Below, in pieces: positions 20,630-31,797 of a stretch of 64,000 bases of DNA. The position numbers and the translations under genes were made by a program. Within the stretch, counting starts at the first letter, position 1. Every line of letters starts with the position of its first letter. The DNA is from an uncultured Verrucomicrobiae bacterium. Lineage in GTDB: Bacteria > Verrucomicrobiota > Verrucomicrobiia > Chthoniobacterales > JAFAMB01. The notes beneath the pieces are model-generated. The model was not told the origin of the DNA. It saw only the letters and a program-made list of their open reading frames with translations, and did not search any database. The stretch is taken from contig CAWEXO010000013.1 of NCBI GenBank assembly GCA_963813025.1, forward strand, positions 1 through 64,000, read 5' to 3'.

Positions 20630-20890
20630 GTTGCCAGGAGTCTAGGAGTCCAGGAGTTACGAGAGTTCAGGAGACAGAGCAGTTTCTTCGCGAGATATTA
20701 CACCCGGGCACCGGCAGGGCGAAAATTAAGAGGTCGGTCTCACAACACCCAGGGTCGGTAGGGCAAGCTCCGGGCAAGCTCCTGCTTGGCCTCCTTGGTG
20801 TTGGATCGCGTCTCGATTTGGACGAGCGGGAGCTCGTCCCTACCACTCCAGGGCAATCAGCGTGGGGTAGGGATGAGCTTCCCCTCGTCC
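20630..20890. repeat. REP cluster upstream of RAYT plus (caggagtNN) nonamer repeats
   Basis: ggacgagcgggagctcgtccctac 20820-20843 and gtagggatgagcttcccctcgtcc 20867-20890 (GTAG + hairpin, inverted pair); nonamers 20635-20672. Confidence 0.75.
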
Positions 20891-20951
20891 AGACAACGAT
20901 GAAATCTGTTGAAATCACGGCCGAGATAAAGCAACAGTATATAAAACTGTT

Positions 20952-21419
20952 ATGAAGTCTCCTTTGCAACGTGGTCGTCCCGCCCGAGGCGTCCTCTTCG
21001 TCGATGATCAGCCTACACTGATCTTTCTGACCGTCTGCACAAAAGACCGGCGATCTTGCCTTGCCGCTCCTGACGTCCACGTGCTCCTGGAACACGTCTG
21101 GCTTTCTGCGACGGCTTGGCTCGTTGGATCCTATGTAGTTATGCCTGACCACATCCATTTGTTTGCCTGTCCGAGTGGCTTAACAAATCACGATTTCGAT
21201 GCGTGGGTGTGTTTCTGGAAATCTCGTTTTACCTGGCTTTCCGGATTATCCCAGCCCGTTTGGCAACGAGCCTCTTTTCATCATCGAATTCGTTGTCACC
21301 AAGACGCAGAGAGCAAGTATCGATACATGATTGAAAATCCGGTTCGGCGCGGGCTGGTCGACACAGCGGGAGATTGGCCGTTTCGCGGAGTGATCTTCAA
21401 CTACCGGGTTCTTTGGTAG
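20952..21419 (+). CDS. REP-associated tyrosine transposase (RAYT, Y1 HUH)
   Basis: FLTVCT, YVVMPDHIHL (HUH), WQR.SFHHRIR, YMIENPV. Confidence 0.88.
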   Translation: MKSPLQRGRPARGVLFVDDQPTLIFLTVCTKDRRSCLAAPDVHVLLEHVWLSATAWLVGSYVVMPDHIHLFACPSGLTNHDFDAWVCFWKSRFTWLSGLSQPVWQRASFHHRIRCHQDAESKYRYMIENPVRRGLVDTAGDWPFRGVIFNYRVLW

Positions 21420-21597
21420 CAGCCCATCCGCGGACGCTGATGGTGTCAGAAAACGGATCGACCGGAGCCGGTCCCTACCGCTCCGGGGCGATCAAACGCG
21501 CGCGGTAGGGATTATTGAGACACTCGCTGAATTCCCTCCCGAGCGGCACAGGCCTTAGATGTTGCAAAGCGACTCCTGGACTCCCGGAACCCCGGCT
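21416..21597. repeat. REP-like elements downstream of RAYT
   Basis: ggatcgaccggagccggtccctac 21455-21478; further GTAG-starting units; nonamers in reverse orientation ~21572-21596. Confidence 0.6.
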
Positions 21598-21668
21598 AAG
21601 CAAGACGTAAACGGTTCTGACCTCAGCTTTGCGGGTGCGACGGCGGAAGGATGTGCCAGAATCGATCC

Positions 21669-22583
21669 ATGAAGGTATTGCTTGCGGGTGCGACTGGCGC
21701 GATTGGCGCCCCGCTGATCGAGCATCTTCGCGCGAAGGGAGATGTGGTATTTGGAATAACGCATTCGCCCAGCGCGCAGGACGCGCTGAGGGACAGAGGG
21801 GCGGAAGCGATTGTCGTCGATGCGCTCGATCGGGCGGCGGTGGAGCAAGCGGTCAAACGTGTGCGGCCGGACGCCATCGTCAATGAACTGACCGCCCTAC
21901 CGAAGCACTACACGCCCGGAGCGATGAAAGCAGCCGCTCAGCGGGATCGGGAAGTTCGAATCACAGGCAATGGCCATCTGTTGGCAGCGGCTTGTGCATT
22001 CCACTGCCAGCGGTACGTTTTACAGTCGTCGGCGTTCTGGTACGCGCCTGGTGAGGGATTAGCCGATGAGAGCACGTCATTCGCTTTCGATTCCTCCCCT
22101 GCGGTCGCCGCGGGGACAAGGACCCATGCCGAACTCGAATCGGCTGTGCTTGCAGAAGAACAGATTCAGGGCGTCGTTTTGCGCTATGGCTTCTTTTACG
22201 GACCGGGCACGTGGTTCACAAAGCATGGCGATATGGGCGAGCAGGTCCGGCAGAGAAAGGTTCCAGTGATCGGCGAGGGACGGGGAGTTTGGAACTTCGT
22301 GCATGTGGAGGATGCGGCGGCAGTGACCGTTGCGGCGCTTCACAGCACACCTGGCATCTACAATGTGACGGACGATGATCCATCGGAACAGTGCGTGTGG
22401 CTTCTTGCTTTCGCGCGCCACGCGGGGGCTCCCGAGCCAGCTCGCATCTCCGAAGAAGAAGCGCTACAGCAGGCCGGACCCGACGCGGTATATTACGCTA
22501 CGCGTCTTCGGGGAGCTTCGAATGCGAAAGCGAAGTTGCATCTGCAGTTTCGTCCCCGGCGCCTCGAATGGCTCGCCGGATAA
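21669..22583 (+). CDS. NAD-dependent epimerase/dehydratase family oxidoreductase
   Basis: LLAGATGAIG, VLRYGFFYGPG, FVHVEDAA. Confidence 0.88.
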   Translation: MKVLLAGATGAIGAPLIEHLRAKGDVVFGITHSPSAQDALRDRGAEAIVVDALDRAAVEQAVKRVRPDAIVNELTALPKHYTPGAMKAAAQRDREVRITGNGHLLAAACAFHCQRYVLQSSAFWYAPGEGLADESTSFAFDSSPAVAAGTRTHAELESAVLAEEQIQGVVLRYGFFYGPGTWFTKHGDMGEQVRQRKVPVIGEGRGVWNFVHVEDAAAVTVAALHSTPGIYNVTDDDPSEQCVWLLAFARHAGAPEPARISEEEALQQAGPDAVYYATRLRGASNAKAKLHLQFRPRRLEWLAG

Positions 22584-22675
22584 TTAAGCGCCGAACGGTA
22601 TCCACCTGCTTTCTCCGGAGCACCATTTCGCTTTACTCGCCCTCAACTCGTTCGAAGTTCGAGGCACTGGCCGTG

Positions 22676-23986
22676 ATGGAACATTCAGAGGAAATCGCGA
22701 GAGTCGAAAAAATTCGTGAATTGCTTCCGCCCGAGGGATTGTTTGCCGACAAAAACTGGCTCATTTCACCGGAACCTTTTCTGATCCGCCCGGAGATGGC
22801 TGATGTGCTCGAGAGGCTCGGGCACTGGCTGTGGAAGTTCCTTCGGGCCAGCAATTTGCTCTATTATCTGAGCAAGAGAGGGAAGCAACCGGAGTGGGTG
22901 GCGAATTATTTAGACGCCGGTAAACCCGGGGCGCTCCTCGAACTGGCGGGAAAATTTCCATTCGATCTCCCGCAGGTGATCCGCCCCGACTTGATCCTGA
23001 CTGACGGCGGCTTTGGCATCTCGGAAATTGACTCGGTTCCGGGCGGCATTGGTCTGATCGGTTGGCTCAGCCGAACCTACGCCGGTCTTGGCTACGACGT
23101 GCTCGGCGGCAAGGACGGTATGCTCGACGGGTTTCGTTCGATTTTACCTGACGGCGTTATCGCCGTTTCCGAGGAAGCGGAAACGTACCGCCCGGAAATG
23201 CAGTGGCTGCGGAAAGAACTCGCGGCTTCGTTTGCCGGTCGCTGGGAAGTTGTGCGGGCGGAGGATTGGGATTTCCTTTCCGGAATCCCGGTCTACCGTT
23301 TTTTTGAGCTATTCGATCTCAAGAATCTGCCTTCACGGAAGAGTTTGTACCAGGCGGCCAGCCAGGATTCTCTGCGCATCACGCCCCCTTTGAAGCCCTT
23401 CCTGGAAGAAAAAATGTTATTTGGCCTGTTCTGGGCTCATGCTTTACAACCCTTTTGGCGGCGGCAGCTCAGCGAGCGACATTGGCTCAAGCTGCGCAAG
23501 CTGATTCCGCAGACCTGGGTGGTTGACCCGGCTCCCGTGCCGCATCATGCCGTGATACCTGGCCTTGAAATCCAAGATTGGGACGAGTTAAAGCGTTTTA
23601 GCCAGCGGCAGCGTGAATTCGTTCTGAAGGTTAGCGGTTTTTCCGAGCGCGCCTGGGGCAGTCGCGGAGTCTATGTCGGCACTGATCTGCCCCACCACGA
23701 ATGGGCTGAGCGAATCGATGAAGCGAAGGCGGCTTTTTCGAAGACGCCTTTTATTCTTCAACGATTCTTTCGCGGGAGCCTCTTTCCGCAGAAGTTCTGG
23801 AATCCGCGGACGAGAGCTATCGAAGTCCTCCGGGGTCGGGTTCGCCTTTGTCCCTACTATTTTGTGGTGCCGGGTGAGCGCATTAGATTAGGCGGGGCTC
23901 TGGCCACCGTTGTTCCAGCCGACAAGAAACTGGTTCACGGCATGCGCGACGGGATCATGGTGCCGGTAGCAATCGATAGCCGATAG
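22676..23986 (+). CDS. Hypothetical protein, ATP-grasp/glutathionylspermidine-synthase-like ligase
   Basis: VIRPDLIL...SEIDSVPGG, VLKVSGFSERAWGSRGV, FILQRF. Confidence 0.6.
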   Translation: MEHSEEIARVEKIRELLPPEGLFADKNWLISPEPFLIRPEMADVLERLGHWLWKFLRASNLLYYLSKRGKQPEWVANYLDAGKPGALLELAGKFPFDLPQVIRPDLILTDGGFGISEIDSVPGGIGLIGWLSRTYAGLGYDVLGGKDGMLDGFRSILPDGVIAVSEEAETYRPEMQWLRKELAASFAGRWEVVRAEDWDFLSGIPVYRFFELFDLKNLPSRKSLYQAASQDSLRITPPLKPFLEEKMLFGLFWAHALQPFWRRQLSERHWLKLRKLIPQTWVVDPAPVPHHAVIPGLEIQDWDELKRFSQRQREFVLKVSGFSERAWGSRGVYVGTDLPHHEWAERIDEAKAAFSKTPFILQRFFRGSLFPQKFWNPRTRAIEVLRGRVRLCPYYFVVPGERIRLGGALATVVPADKKLVHGMRDGIMVPVAIDSR

Positions 23987-24070
23987 CCAATTGCCGATAG
24001 CTCGAATCGACATCGGTCATCGGTCGTCGGTCATTGGCTATTGGCTATTGGCTGTTGGCTATGGGTCATC
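23974..24070. repeat. Heptamer tandem repeats in inverted arrangement between convergent genes
   Basis: (cgatagc)n then (tcatcgg/ctattgg)n. Confidence 0.7.
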
Positions 24071-24084
24071 CGCGCTTCGCGCAG

Positions 24085-25113
24085 TCAGCCTACGTCCACT
24101 TCCCGACCTTGTTCGATCGAGTCAGCGACAGCTTGAACGACTTTCATGTACTGCAGCCCTTCGACAAAGCCAGGTTGAGGATAGATAGTTGCCGGTGAGC
24201 GTACCGCGGCGATGAAATCGCGCTCCACCGTCCAATGCTGCTCCAGGTCGGCGGGGATGCGCAGAACCCGGGCCTTCGGTTCACCGAGTTGGCCTCCCAT
24301 GATTTCATTATTAGCGAAGTTATAGGAGAGCATGCCGCGATCTCCGTAGATCTCGAGTTGGTCGGGACCGGCAAACGGTGCTACGCCGCTGAACTCCAGC
24401 GCACCCTCAATTCCGTTGGCGAATCGGCAGAGTACGAGCACAAGGTCAGGAATCTTTACCTCATATCCCTCGCGCACCGGATTGATGGTCTTCTGATGGG
24501 CGACGAGAGAAGCGATCGGCCCCAACCAACGCTGCAGGACCTCCGCGTAGATGCCAAGCGTCAGCACGTTGAGACCGGAGAGTTCGTCGCGCTGGCGCCA
24601 GTGAGCGGAAGGGCTCGGGTCGATAAAGGAATCGTTTAAGCTTCGCAGGTGGACATGATGCGGACGGCCAAGATACTCTTCGCCCAGCAGCTTCTGCATG
24701 AAGAGATTGCCCGACATGCCGTGTGGTGGAGGGCAAACCATCGTCACCAGGTGTGGATTACGCCGAGAAGCGGCTAACATCTCCTCAGCCTCGGCCAGAT
24801 TCATCGCCATCCGGGCCTGACAAAAAACATGCTTCCCGGCTTCGAGCGCAGAGACCGCTATGGTCGAATGGAGGTAAGGCGGAGTTCCGATCCAGACGAT
24901 CTCGATTTCGGGGTCAGAAACGAGTTCGGCCCAGTTGGTGTAGGGCACCGCTTCCGGCGAAAACGCTTGAATAAAGTTTTCTGCGCTTTCGTAAGTGGAA
25001 TTGCAGACTGCCGCGATTTCCACATCGGGAATTTCCCGGAGGGCAGGCAGATGGCGGGTTCGGACAATGTTGCCCGCACCAACAATTCCGATACGAAGTT
25101 TCCGTGCTGACAT
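24085..25113 (-). CDS. Gfo/Idh/MocA oxidoreductase
   Basis: IGIVGAGNI, AGKHVFCQARMA. Confidence 0.88.
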   Translation of the reverse strand: MSARKLRIGIVGAGNIVRTRHLPALREIPDVEIAAVCNSTYESAENFIQAFSPEAVPYTNWAELVSDPEIEIVWIGTPPYLHSTIAVSALEAGKHVFCQARMAMNLAEAEEMLAASRRNPHLVTMVCPPPHGMSGNLFMQKLLGEEYLGRPHHVHLRSLNDSFIDPSPSAHWRQRDELSGLNVLTLGIYAEVLQRWLGPIASLVAHQKTINPVREGYEVKIPDLVLVLCRFANGIEGALEFSGVAPFAGPDQLEIYGDRGMLSYNFANNEIMGGQLGEPKARVLRIPADLEQHWTVERDFIAAVRSPATIYPQPGFVEGLQYMKVVQAVADSIEQGREVDVG

Positions 25114-25203
25114 GGAAGGTGAGACAATAAAGACCGTTTCACGTTTTAATGTTTCACGTTTCTCGAGCAAGCAAGAAGCAACGTGAGACGTGAAACCCGG
25201 CGC

Positions 25204-26397
25204 TCAGCGGAAAAACTCCTCTTCGGCAATCATGGCTGGCGGGCGGCAAATCCTCTGCACGCAATGTTCCCAGGTTTCCTGTCCGCCGAGGATCTCGATC
25301 TCAACGCGCAGGAAATAAATGGGCACCGGGATATTCTCCAGCGCGGGAAAGCGCACGGCGTCTTTTTCGGTAGTGACCACGGCGTTCACGTCGCGGCGGA
25401 CACAGCGCTGCAGAAAAGAGGTCAATTCTTTTTCAGTGTACCGATGGTGGTCCGCGAAATGCCGGGATAGCTCAATCCTGGCTCCGAGTTGCTTCAACCC
25501 GTCCTCAAAACTCTCCGGAGCGGCGATGCCGCAAAACGAACCAATATAGAGTCCCGAAAGATAGTCGAGCGGCACCTGGTCATCTTTATAAACGTGCTGC
25601 AAGTACAAAGGCTTGTGCGCGCACTCGATGATTTCAGCCGTGCGATTGTATTGGCGAAGGCGCTCAATCAGGGGCTCATTCGATTCGCCATTACATTTTG
25701 TGATGAAGATGTAGCTGGCGCGTCGAAGGTTGCGGGGCGGTTCGCGCAAGGTGCCTCGAGGGAGCAGAAAATCGTTGCCGAACGGAGCCTGGCGATCGAC
25801 AAGGACGATGTCCAACCGGTGCCGGAGGTGGAGGTACTGCAAACCATCGTCGAGGAGCAGCGTATCGACATTCAATTCTTTGATCGCATGTAATCCGGCT
25901 TTTACCCGGTCTTTGTCGACCACGACGGCAACGCCTTTCAGGTTTGCAGCAAGCATGTAAGGCTCATCCCCTGAAGCGGCGGAATCCAGAAGAATCCGGC
26001 GACCGTCGGAAACCACGCGGGGCGGGTAGAGCTGTTTTTTTGGCAGAAGCTTTTCGAACCATCCCGGCTTTTTGCGGACATCGACACTTTTGTAACCCCG
26101 ACTCAGAATTGCTACCCGGCGTCCTCCCTTTTGGAGGGCGCGCGCGAACATTTCAACGATTGGCGTTTTCCCGGTGCCGCCCACCGTGAGATTGCCAATA
26201 CTGATGACCAGACAACCCAACTGGCGTTCTTTCAGCAGTCGTTTTCGGTAGAGGAACAGTCGAAGTTGCACCAGCCATAAGTAAACGAACGAGAGCAGAT
26301 AAAGTGCATTGCGGAGCAGCGCGGCCCGAAAGCCATGCCGCCGGCCGAGGATCACCTCAATCGCGTACTGTTCAAGATCATCTAACCGACGGCCCAT
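25204..26397 (-). CDS. lpxK: Tetraacyldisaccharide 4'-kinase
   Basis: [48 protein letters not shown]. Confidence 0.95.
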   Translation of the reverse strand: MGRRLDDLEQYAIEVILGRRHGFRAALLRNALYLLSFVYLWLVQLRLFLYRKRLLKERQLGCLVISIGNLTVGGTGKTPIVEMFARALQKGGRRVAILSRGYKSVDVRKKPGWFEKLLPKKQLYPPRVVSDGRRILLDSAASGDEPYMLAANLKGVAVVVDKDRVKAGLHAIKELNVDTLLLDDGLQYLHLRHRLDIVLVDRQAPFGNDFLLPRGTLREPPRNLRRASYIFITKCNGESNEPLIERLRQYNRTAEIIECAHKPLYLQHVYKDDQVPLDYLSGLYIGSFCGIAAPESFEDGLKQLGARIELSRHFADHHRYTEKELTSFLQRCVRRDVNAVVTTEKDAVRFPALENIPVPIYFLRVEIEILGGQETWEHCVQRICRPPAMIAEEEFFR

Positions 26398-26425
26398 ATT
26401 CAAAGCACTCTATCGAGAGAAACGC

Positions 26426-27280
26426 TCATTCGGCTAAGGGAAGAATCCTGGCGCCGTGGTTGTCCGCACGCACAATCATGGTGGATCCGCTCGTCTGACC
26501 GGCTGCTTCGGCCATTGCTCGCGCGACTTCCTTCGGCTTTTCCAAGGTCACGCAGGCAATCGTGGACCCGGAGCCGCTGAGGAAGCCGCCCAGTGCACCG
26601 GCAGCCGTGCCCCCCTCAATCACGCGGTTAAGGATCGGAATGAGCGGTTCCCGATAGGGTTGATGCAACCGGTCTGCGAAACAGCCTTGCAGCATCGAGT
26701 AATTGTGGGACGCCATTGCCGCGGCAATCAAAGAAACATTTGCCAGATTCTGCAGGATATCTTCCCGACGGTAAAGCTCCGGCAAGACTTGCCGGGCATG
26801 GCTTGTTTTTACTTCAAGGTCCGGCACGAGCAGGACGAAGCTCATGGCTGGATCGACGTCGAAACGGGTCAGTTGGTTCCCGTTATTTTTCGCGATGACA
26901 AAGCCGCCGTAGCAGGCGGCGGCCGCGTTGTCCGGATGAGTTTCCAACTCGACGCAAAGGCCAAAGATCGCGGTTCGATCAAGTGGATTACCGAGCAGAG
27001 CGTCCAGACCCAGCAATGTTCCTAGGCGAAGCGTCGTGCTACTGCCCAAACCGCGCGCCGGCGGCACTTCACCCTGGACCGAAATGTGAACCGAACGCGA
27101 CGGCAGATTGCTGCGCGTAAAGAAGAGTTGGGCAGCGGTCGTGGCCAGCTCGGGTCCGCTGTTTTGACCGGCATCTTCGACCGTCACATAGTTCCAGAGC
27201 TGAAGAGCGGCCCCGAAACAGTCGAAGCCGGGCCCGAAGTTGGTCGTTGAAGCAGGAACCTGAACTGTCACTGAAGCCAT
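26426..27280 (-). CDS. thrB: Homoserine kinase
   Basis: VPASTTNFGPGFD, PPARGLGSS, HPDN, DRLHQPYR, LSGSGST. Confidence 0.95.
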   Translation of the reverse strand: MASVTVQVPASTTNFGPGFDCFGAALQLWNYVTVEDAGQNSGPELATTAAQLFFTRSNLPSRSVHISVQGEVPPARGLGSSTTLRLGTLLGLDALLGNPLDRTAIFGLCVELETHPDNAAAACYGGFVIAKNNGNQLTRFDVDPAMSFVLLVPDLEVKTSHARQVLPELYRREDILQNLANVSLIAAAMASHNYSMLQGCFADRLHQPYREPLIPILNRVIEGGTAAGALGGFLSGSGSTIACVTLEKPKEVARAMAEAAGQTSGSTMIVRADNHGARILPLAE

Positions 27281-27388
27281 GATTGGAATCGGCAAAATGA
27301 ATCAGGCATGCCCGGCAAGCAACTTTTTCGATCGATTTGACAAGACACCGCGATCAGTCTCTCATGACCGCGCAGTGTTCGGAGCAAC

Positions 27389-28165
27389 GTGGAAGAACCT
27401 TCGATCGTAAACCAGGAAAGATCATCTGCTCGTTTGGCTGATCAGCTAAGACCATTCACGGTTTCGCTGGATATTGCTCCCAACGCGCACGGTTCGGTGT
27501 TAATTGGCTCGGGTCGCACCCAGGTCATCTGCGCGGTAACCATTGAGCCAGGTGTCCCTCGGTGGATGAAAGAACAGAATGTCCGGGGCGGCTGGTTGAC
27601 CGCGGAATACTCGATGTTGCCTTACGCAACCCTTACTCGACGTCCCCGCGATATTAACCGAGGAAAGCTCGACGGGCGCAGCACTGAAATCCAGCGTCTG
27701 ATCGGACGATCGCTACGCGCGGTCATTGATCTCGACCTACTTGGAGAACGAACGGTCTGGATCGATTGCGACGTTCTGCAGGCTGACGGAGGCACCCGGA
27801 CGGCGGCGATCACCGGTTCGTCTATTGCGTTAGTGCTGGCCTGCGCGCGCCTGCGCAAGGACGAACAGCTCGCGCAGTGGCCCGTCAAATCCTTGGTGGC
27901 GGCGGTCAGCGTGGGGATTGTCAACCAACGACCCCTTTTGGATTTGGATTATGAAGAGGACAAGAATGCCGCAGTCGATTTGAATCTTGTAATGACCAGC
28001 ACGGGCGAATTTGTGGAAGTGCAAGGCTCTGGTGAAGAGGCCACTTTTTCAACCGCTGAGCTCACTGAGATGATTCGCCTGGGACAGTTGGGCGTTGCTC
28101 AACTGATCGAACAACAGCGAAAACTTTTACGACGGGAACTCCCAGATTTACCAGAACAATTATGA
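27389..28165 (+). CDS. rph: Ribonuclease PH
   Basis: [42 protein letters not shown]. Confidence 0.96.
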   Translation: MEEPSIVNQERSSARLADQLRPFTVSLDIAPNAHGSVLIGSGRTQVICAVTIEPGVPRWMKEQNVRGGWLTAEYSMLPYATLTRRPRDINRGKLDGRSTEIQRLIGRSLRAVIDLDLLGERTVWIDCDVLQADGGTRTAAITGSSIALVLACARLRKDEQLAQWPVKSLVAAVSVGIVNQRPLLDLDYEEDKNAAVDLNLVMTSTGEFVEVQGSGEEATFSTAELTEMIRLGQLGVAQLIEQQRKLLRRELPDLPEQL

Positions 28166-29160
28166 AACGCGCGCTTATTACCGGTATCACCGGCCAGGAC
28201 GGATCTTATCTAGCCGACCTGCTTCTTTCCAAAGGTTACGAGGTGCATGGGGTCATCCGTCGGGCTAGTACTTTTAATACCGAGCGTATCAATCATCTGT
28301 ACCAGGACCCGCATCTGCACGGCGTTCGCTTATTTCTGCACTACGGAGATCTCGCGGATTCCGTCAACATGGTCAAGCTGCTTTACAGTTTGCAACCCGA
28401 CGAGGTGTATCATTTGGGGGCGCAGAGCCATGTACGGGTCAGCTTTGATATCCCGGAATATACGGCTGATGTCACCGGGGTCGGGGCTATTCGTATTCTC
28501 GAGGCCATCCGGGAAACCGGAGTTCGAACCCGGTTTTATCAGGCGTCGAGTAGCGAGATGTACGGTAAAGTGCAGGAGGTGCCGCAAACCGAAGTGACCC
28601 CTTTCTGGCCGCGCAGTCCCTATGGAGCAGCCAAGGTATTTGCTTATTGGTTGACCATAAACTATCGCGAAAGCTATGGGCTTCATGCCAACAACGGCAT
28701 CCTTTTCAACCACGAAAGTCCGCGGCGCGGTGAAACGTTTGTGACTCGCAAGATCTCCCGCGCGGTCGCCCGGATCAAATATGGTTTGGACAAAGAGCTG
28801 TACCTGGGCAACCTCGAAGCCCGGCGAGATTGGGGGTATGCGCCCGAATACGTCGAGGGCATGTGGCGAATTCTCCAGCAGGATGCTCCTGACGATTACG
28901 TGCTCGCAACCAATGAAACCCATTCGGTTCGCGAATTTGTCGAAAAGGCCTTCGCGCACGCGGGCCTGGATTGGCAGCAATACGTGCGGCACGACAACCG
29001 CTACGAACGTCCGGCCGAAGTCGATCTTCTCATCGGCAACGCAGCCAAAGCAAAGAAACGGCTCAATTGGGAACCAAAGGTGCGTTTTGAAGAACTGGTC
29101 AAGATTATGGTCGACGCGGACCTGAAAATGGTCGCGGATGGATTTAGCGCCGCGAGCTAA
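28162..29160 (+). CDS. gmd: GDP-mannose 4,6-dehydratase
   Basis: [39 protein letters not shown]. Confidence 0.97.
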   Translation: MKRALITGITGQDGSYLADLLLSKGYEVHGVIRRASTFNTERINHLYQDPHLHGVRLFLHYGDLADSVNMVKLLYSLQPDEVYHLGAQSHVRVSFDIPEYTADVTGVGAIRILEAIRETGVRTRFYQASSSEMYGKVQEVPQTEVTPFWPRSPYGAAKVFAYWLTINYRESYGLHANNGILFNHESPRRGETFVTRKISRAVARIKYGLDKELYLGNLEARRDWGYAPEYVEGMWRILQQDAPDDYVLATNETHSVREFVEKAFAHAGLDWQQYVRHDNRYERPAEVDLLIGNAAKAKKRLNWEPKVRFEELVKIMVDADLKMVADGFSAAS

Positions 29161-29303
29161 GGGAGGGCGGCGTCGGCATTTCGCAGCCTCGTGCTGCGTA
29201 AATCGGAGGGCAGGCTGGTTCCGATCCCGCGATTATTCTGCCGCCCTTTCAGCATCTCCAGCCCAGCTGCGCCGGTGTTTTTCAGAGTGGGCATTGGAGA
29301 TTG

Positions 29304-30433
29304 CTAGTGCCTAATTGCGTAAGTTAGTTATATGTATGGCGACTTTCCCCTGATGTACCTGGGATTTGGTCCATTCGAAGGGAGCCGCATTGTTATTGTA
29401 GTTCTTGATGAAGGTGTCGATGGCGTTGCGCAGCTCTGCCACGCTGGTGAAGTTTGCCCCCTGGAGGGCTTGGCGGCTCAAGATACTAAACCAGATCTCA
29501 ATCTGGTTGAGCCAAGAAGCGTGGGTTGGAGTGAAATGAAAATGCACATTGGGGTGAGCCTTCAACCAGCGATCTTGCTTTGGCTTATGGGTCGCAAGGT
29601 TGTCTAAGACCACATGAATTTCTTTGTCGAGATTTCCGGCAACTACCTGGTTCATAAACTCCAGGAATTCCCGTCGGCGCTGGCGCCGGTAATGACCAGC
29701 CTGCACTTGGCCGCTGGCAATGTTGAGGGCGGCAAAGAGAGTGGAGGTGCCATGGCGCTTGTACTCGTGGCTAAAACCCGTCAGCGCCCTGCCATTGGGC
29801 AAGCGAATCCAACCTTGGGCTCTTTCCAGGGCTTGAATGGCTGGTTTTTCATCAATGGCCAAGATGAGCGCATTCTGGGGCGGATTGAGATAAAGACCGA
29901 CAATGTCAGCGGCCTTGCGCACAAACTCCGGATCGGTGGAAATGCACCAGCTGCGGCGCCGTTCCAATTCAATGCCTTGTTGGCGCAAAATGCGCCAGAC
30001 TTGATCGGAGGAAACATCGGCCAGACTCTGCGCCAGCAGTCGCCCATTCCAGCGCCCGTAGCCCGCCGGTGGATCTTCATCCAGCAGCGCCAAGACCCGC
30101 TTGACCGTCATTTGATCATACTTGGCCGGCTTTCCACTGCGTGGCGCGTCTTCCAAGCCAGCCAGGCCTTGGCGCACAAAGCGCCGCCGCCATTTACTCA
30201 CCGTCACCTCGGGAATGTGCAGGCTCTTGGCAATCGCACGTCCACTCAAGCCCGCTGCCGCCTTCAAGATAATCTGACTCCTGACCTTGAGCCGGTGTTC
30301 GACCCGTTGCGCTCGACTCCAACCCTCCAAGAGCTTGCGGTTTTCCACAGAAAGTTTGATGCGACCCGTTGCCATCCATCCAACAAATCATAATTTTTCA
30401 TAAATATAAAGAACTAAAGCAACTAAGTACTAG
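29304..30433 (-). mobile_element. IS630-family insertion sequence (transposase 29311-30375)
   Basis: DEKP, HEYKRHGT, LDNLATHK, SWLNQIEIWF; imperfect ~35-bp TIRs starting ctagt at both ends. Confidence 0.92.
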
Positions 30434-30477
30434 GCGAGAATTTAGAGATTGTCTCCCAACATTGCTTCGGCCAGCGC

Positions 30478-30603
30478 CGGTAGGGCGAAAATTTATCCGA
30501 GCCTTAGCGAGGACTCGTTTGAGCCGGACGCTGAGGTTGCCACACTCCGGAGACGGCTCAAACAAGTTCTCGCTTGGCGCTCGAATAAATTTTCGCCCTA
30601 CCG
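30478..30603. repeat. REPIN-like long hairpin
   Basis: cggtagggcgaaaattta ... taaattttcgccctaccg; inner arms also pair; related unit at ~20712. Confidence 0.75.
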
Positions 30604-30774
30604 ACACAGGGCTTCGAGACACGTTGCAAATGCCCTTCGGCTGATGCCTTATGAGGGCGTTTTTGTACTGGACGGTTTTCCCGGGGTTAAAACCCCGGGC
30701 TTAATCCTCATGTCCCTTCCGGACAAGAGTCAACGTCCGACAGGGACGAGGGGGCCCTCCGCGCTACTGGAATG

Positions 30775-31734
30775 CTAGCGCCTCAAGCAACGTTCCAGTC
30801 GCCCGCGGATCTGGGCTTCGTGCAAATCCTTTCCGATGAAGACCAGCTGACTCGACCGGGTTGTGCCTTTGTCCCAAAGGTGATCCCAGTAGAGGGTGAA
30901 CCGGTTGTTCACGCCGTGGAAGACGCCGCGTCGCGGTGTGCCATTGATCCAGAGAAATCCCTTCGAACGATAAACCTTGCCCTCTTGCCCAATCTCTTCC
31001 AGCGCAGCCTCGAGCATTTCCAGCTCAAATGGTTGAGTAAAGGTGAGGGCGAACGAGGCAATGTCAGAATGGGTGCTGGCCTTCAGCTCGTCTAGAAAAC
31101 GGGGGTTATAGGCGAGTTTATGATCCAGATCGAACGCGTTCACGTCGAGTAGTTCGGGCAGATTCACCTGCGACTGGGTACTCCGGAAAATCCGCGCCTG
31201 CGGATTGATCTCATTGAGAGTCTGTTCGACCTGAGCCAGTTGTTCGCCGTTTGCCAGATCAATCTTATTGAGCAGAATGAAGTCGGCCAATGCGATCTGC
31301 TCACGCACTACGGCGGTTTTCTCCAACTGGCGGAGGACCTGTTCGGCATCAACCAAAGTAATGATGGAATCGAGGCGCGCGTGTTGTTGCAGCTGGGGAA
31401 TATTCAAGAACGTCTGCGCCACCGGTCCGGGATCCGCGACGCCGGTCGTCTCAATCAGCAGGTAATCCAGATCTTCCTTTTTCAACAGTTGCTGAACTCC
31501 CTTCACGAGATCCTTACGCACCGTGCAGCAGACGCAGCCGTTGTTCATCTCAACTACATCTTCGGCCTGGGTTTGGACAAGTCGACCGTCAATGCCGATC
31601 GCGCCGACTTCGTTGATGATGATACCGAATTTATACTCGGATTGTTCGCGCAAGATATGGTTCAACAGGGTCGTCTTGCCGGCTCCCAGAAAGCCGGTGA
31701 GCACGCTGACGGGGATGATCTTCTGTGCAGCCAT
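30775..31734 (-). CDS. COG0523/CobW-family metal-chaperone GTPase
   Basis: GFLGAGKTT, NGCVCC, ETTGVADP, NKID, YRSKG. Confidence 0.93.
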   Translation of the reverse strand: MAAQKIIPVSVLTGFLGAGKTTLLNHILREQSEYKFGIIINEVGAIGIDGRLVQTQAEDVVEMNNGCVCCTVRKDLVKGVQQLLKKEDLDYLLIETTGVADPGPVAQTFLNIPQLQQHARLDSIITLVDAEQVLRQLEKTAVVREQIALADFILLNKIDLANGEQLAQVEQTLNEINPQARIFRSTQSQVNLPELLDVNAFDLDHKLAYNPRFLDELKASTHSDIASFALTFTQPFELEMLEAALEEIGQEGKVYRSKGFLWINGTPRRGVFHGVNNRFTLYWDHLWDKGTTRSSQLVFIGKDLHEAQIRGRLERCLRR

Positions 31735-31768
31735 AAAAAAAAGGCGGTCCAGTATACCGAGACCGCCT
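31735..31768 (-). terminator. Intrinsic terminator-like hairpin after rpmB, abutting the COG0523 start
   Basis: Minus strand aggcggtc-N11-gaccgcct followed by T-run then ATG. Confidence 0.55.
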
Positions 31769-31797
31769 ACCTCCCAGAAATCTGATTTACTGAATGA

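Noticed and set aside
29614..30393. 259-aa ORF antisense to IS630 transposase, and similar long antisense ORFs over housekeeping genes
   Set aside because: Shadow ORFs expected in GC-rich coding DNA; no recognisable motifs
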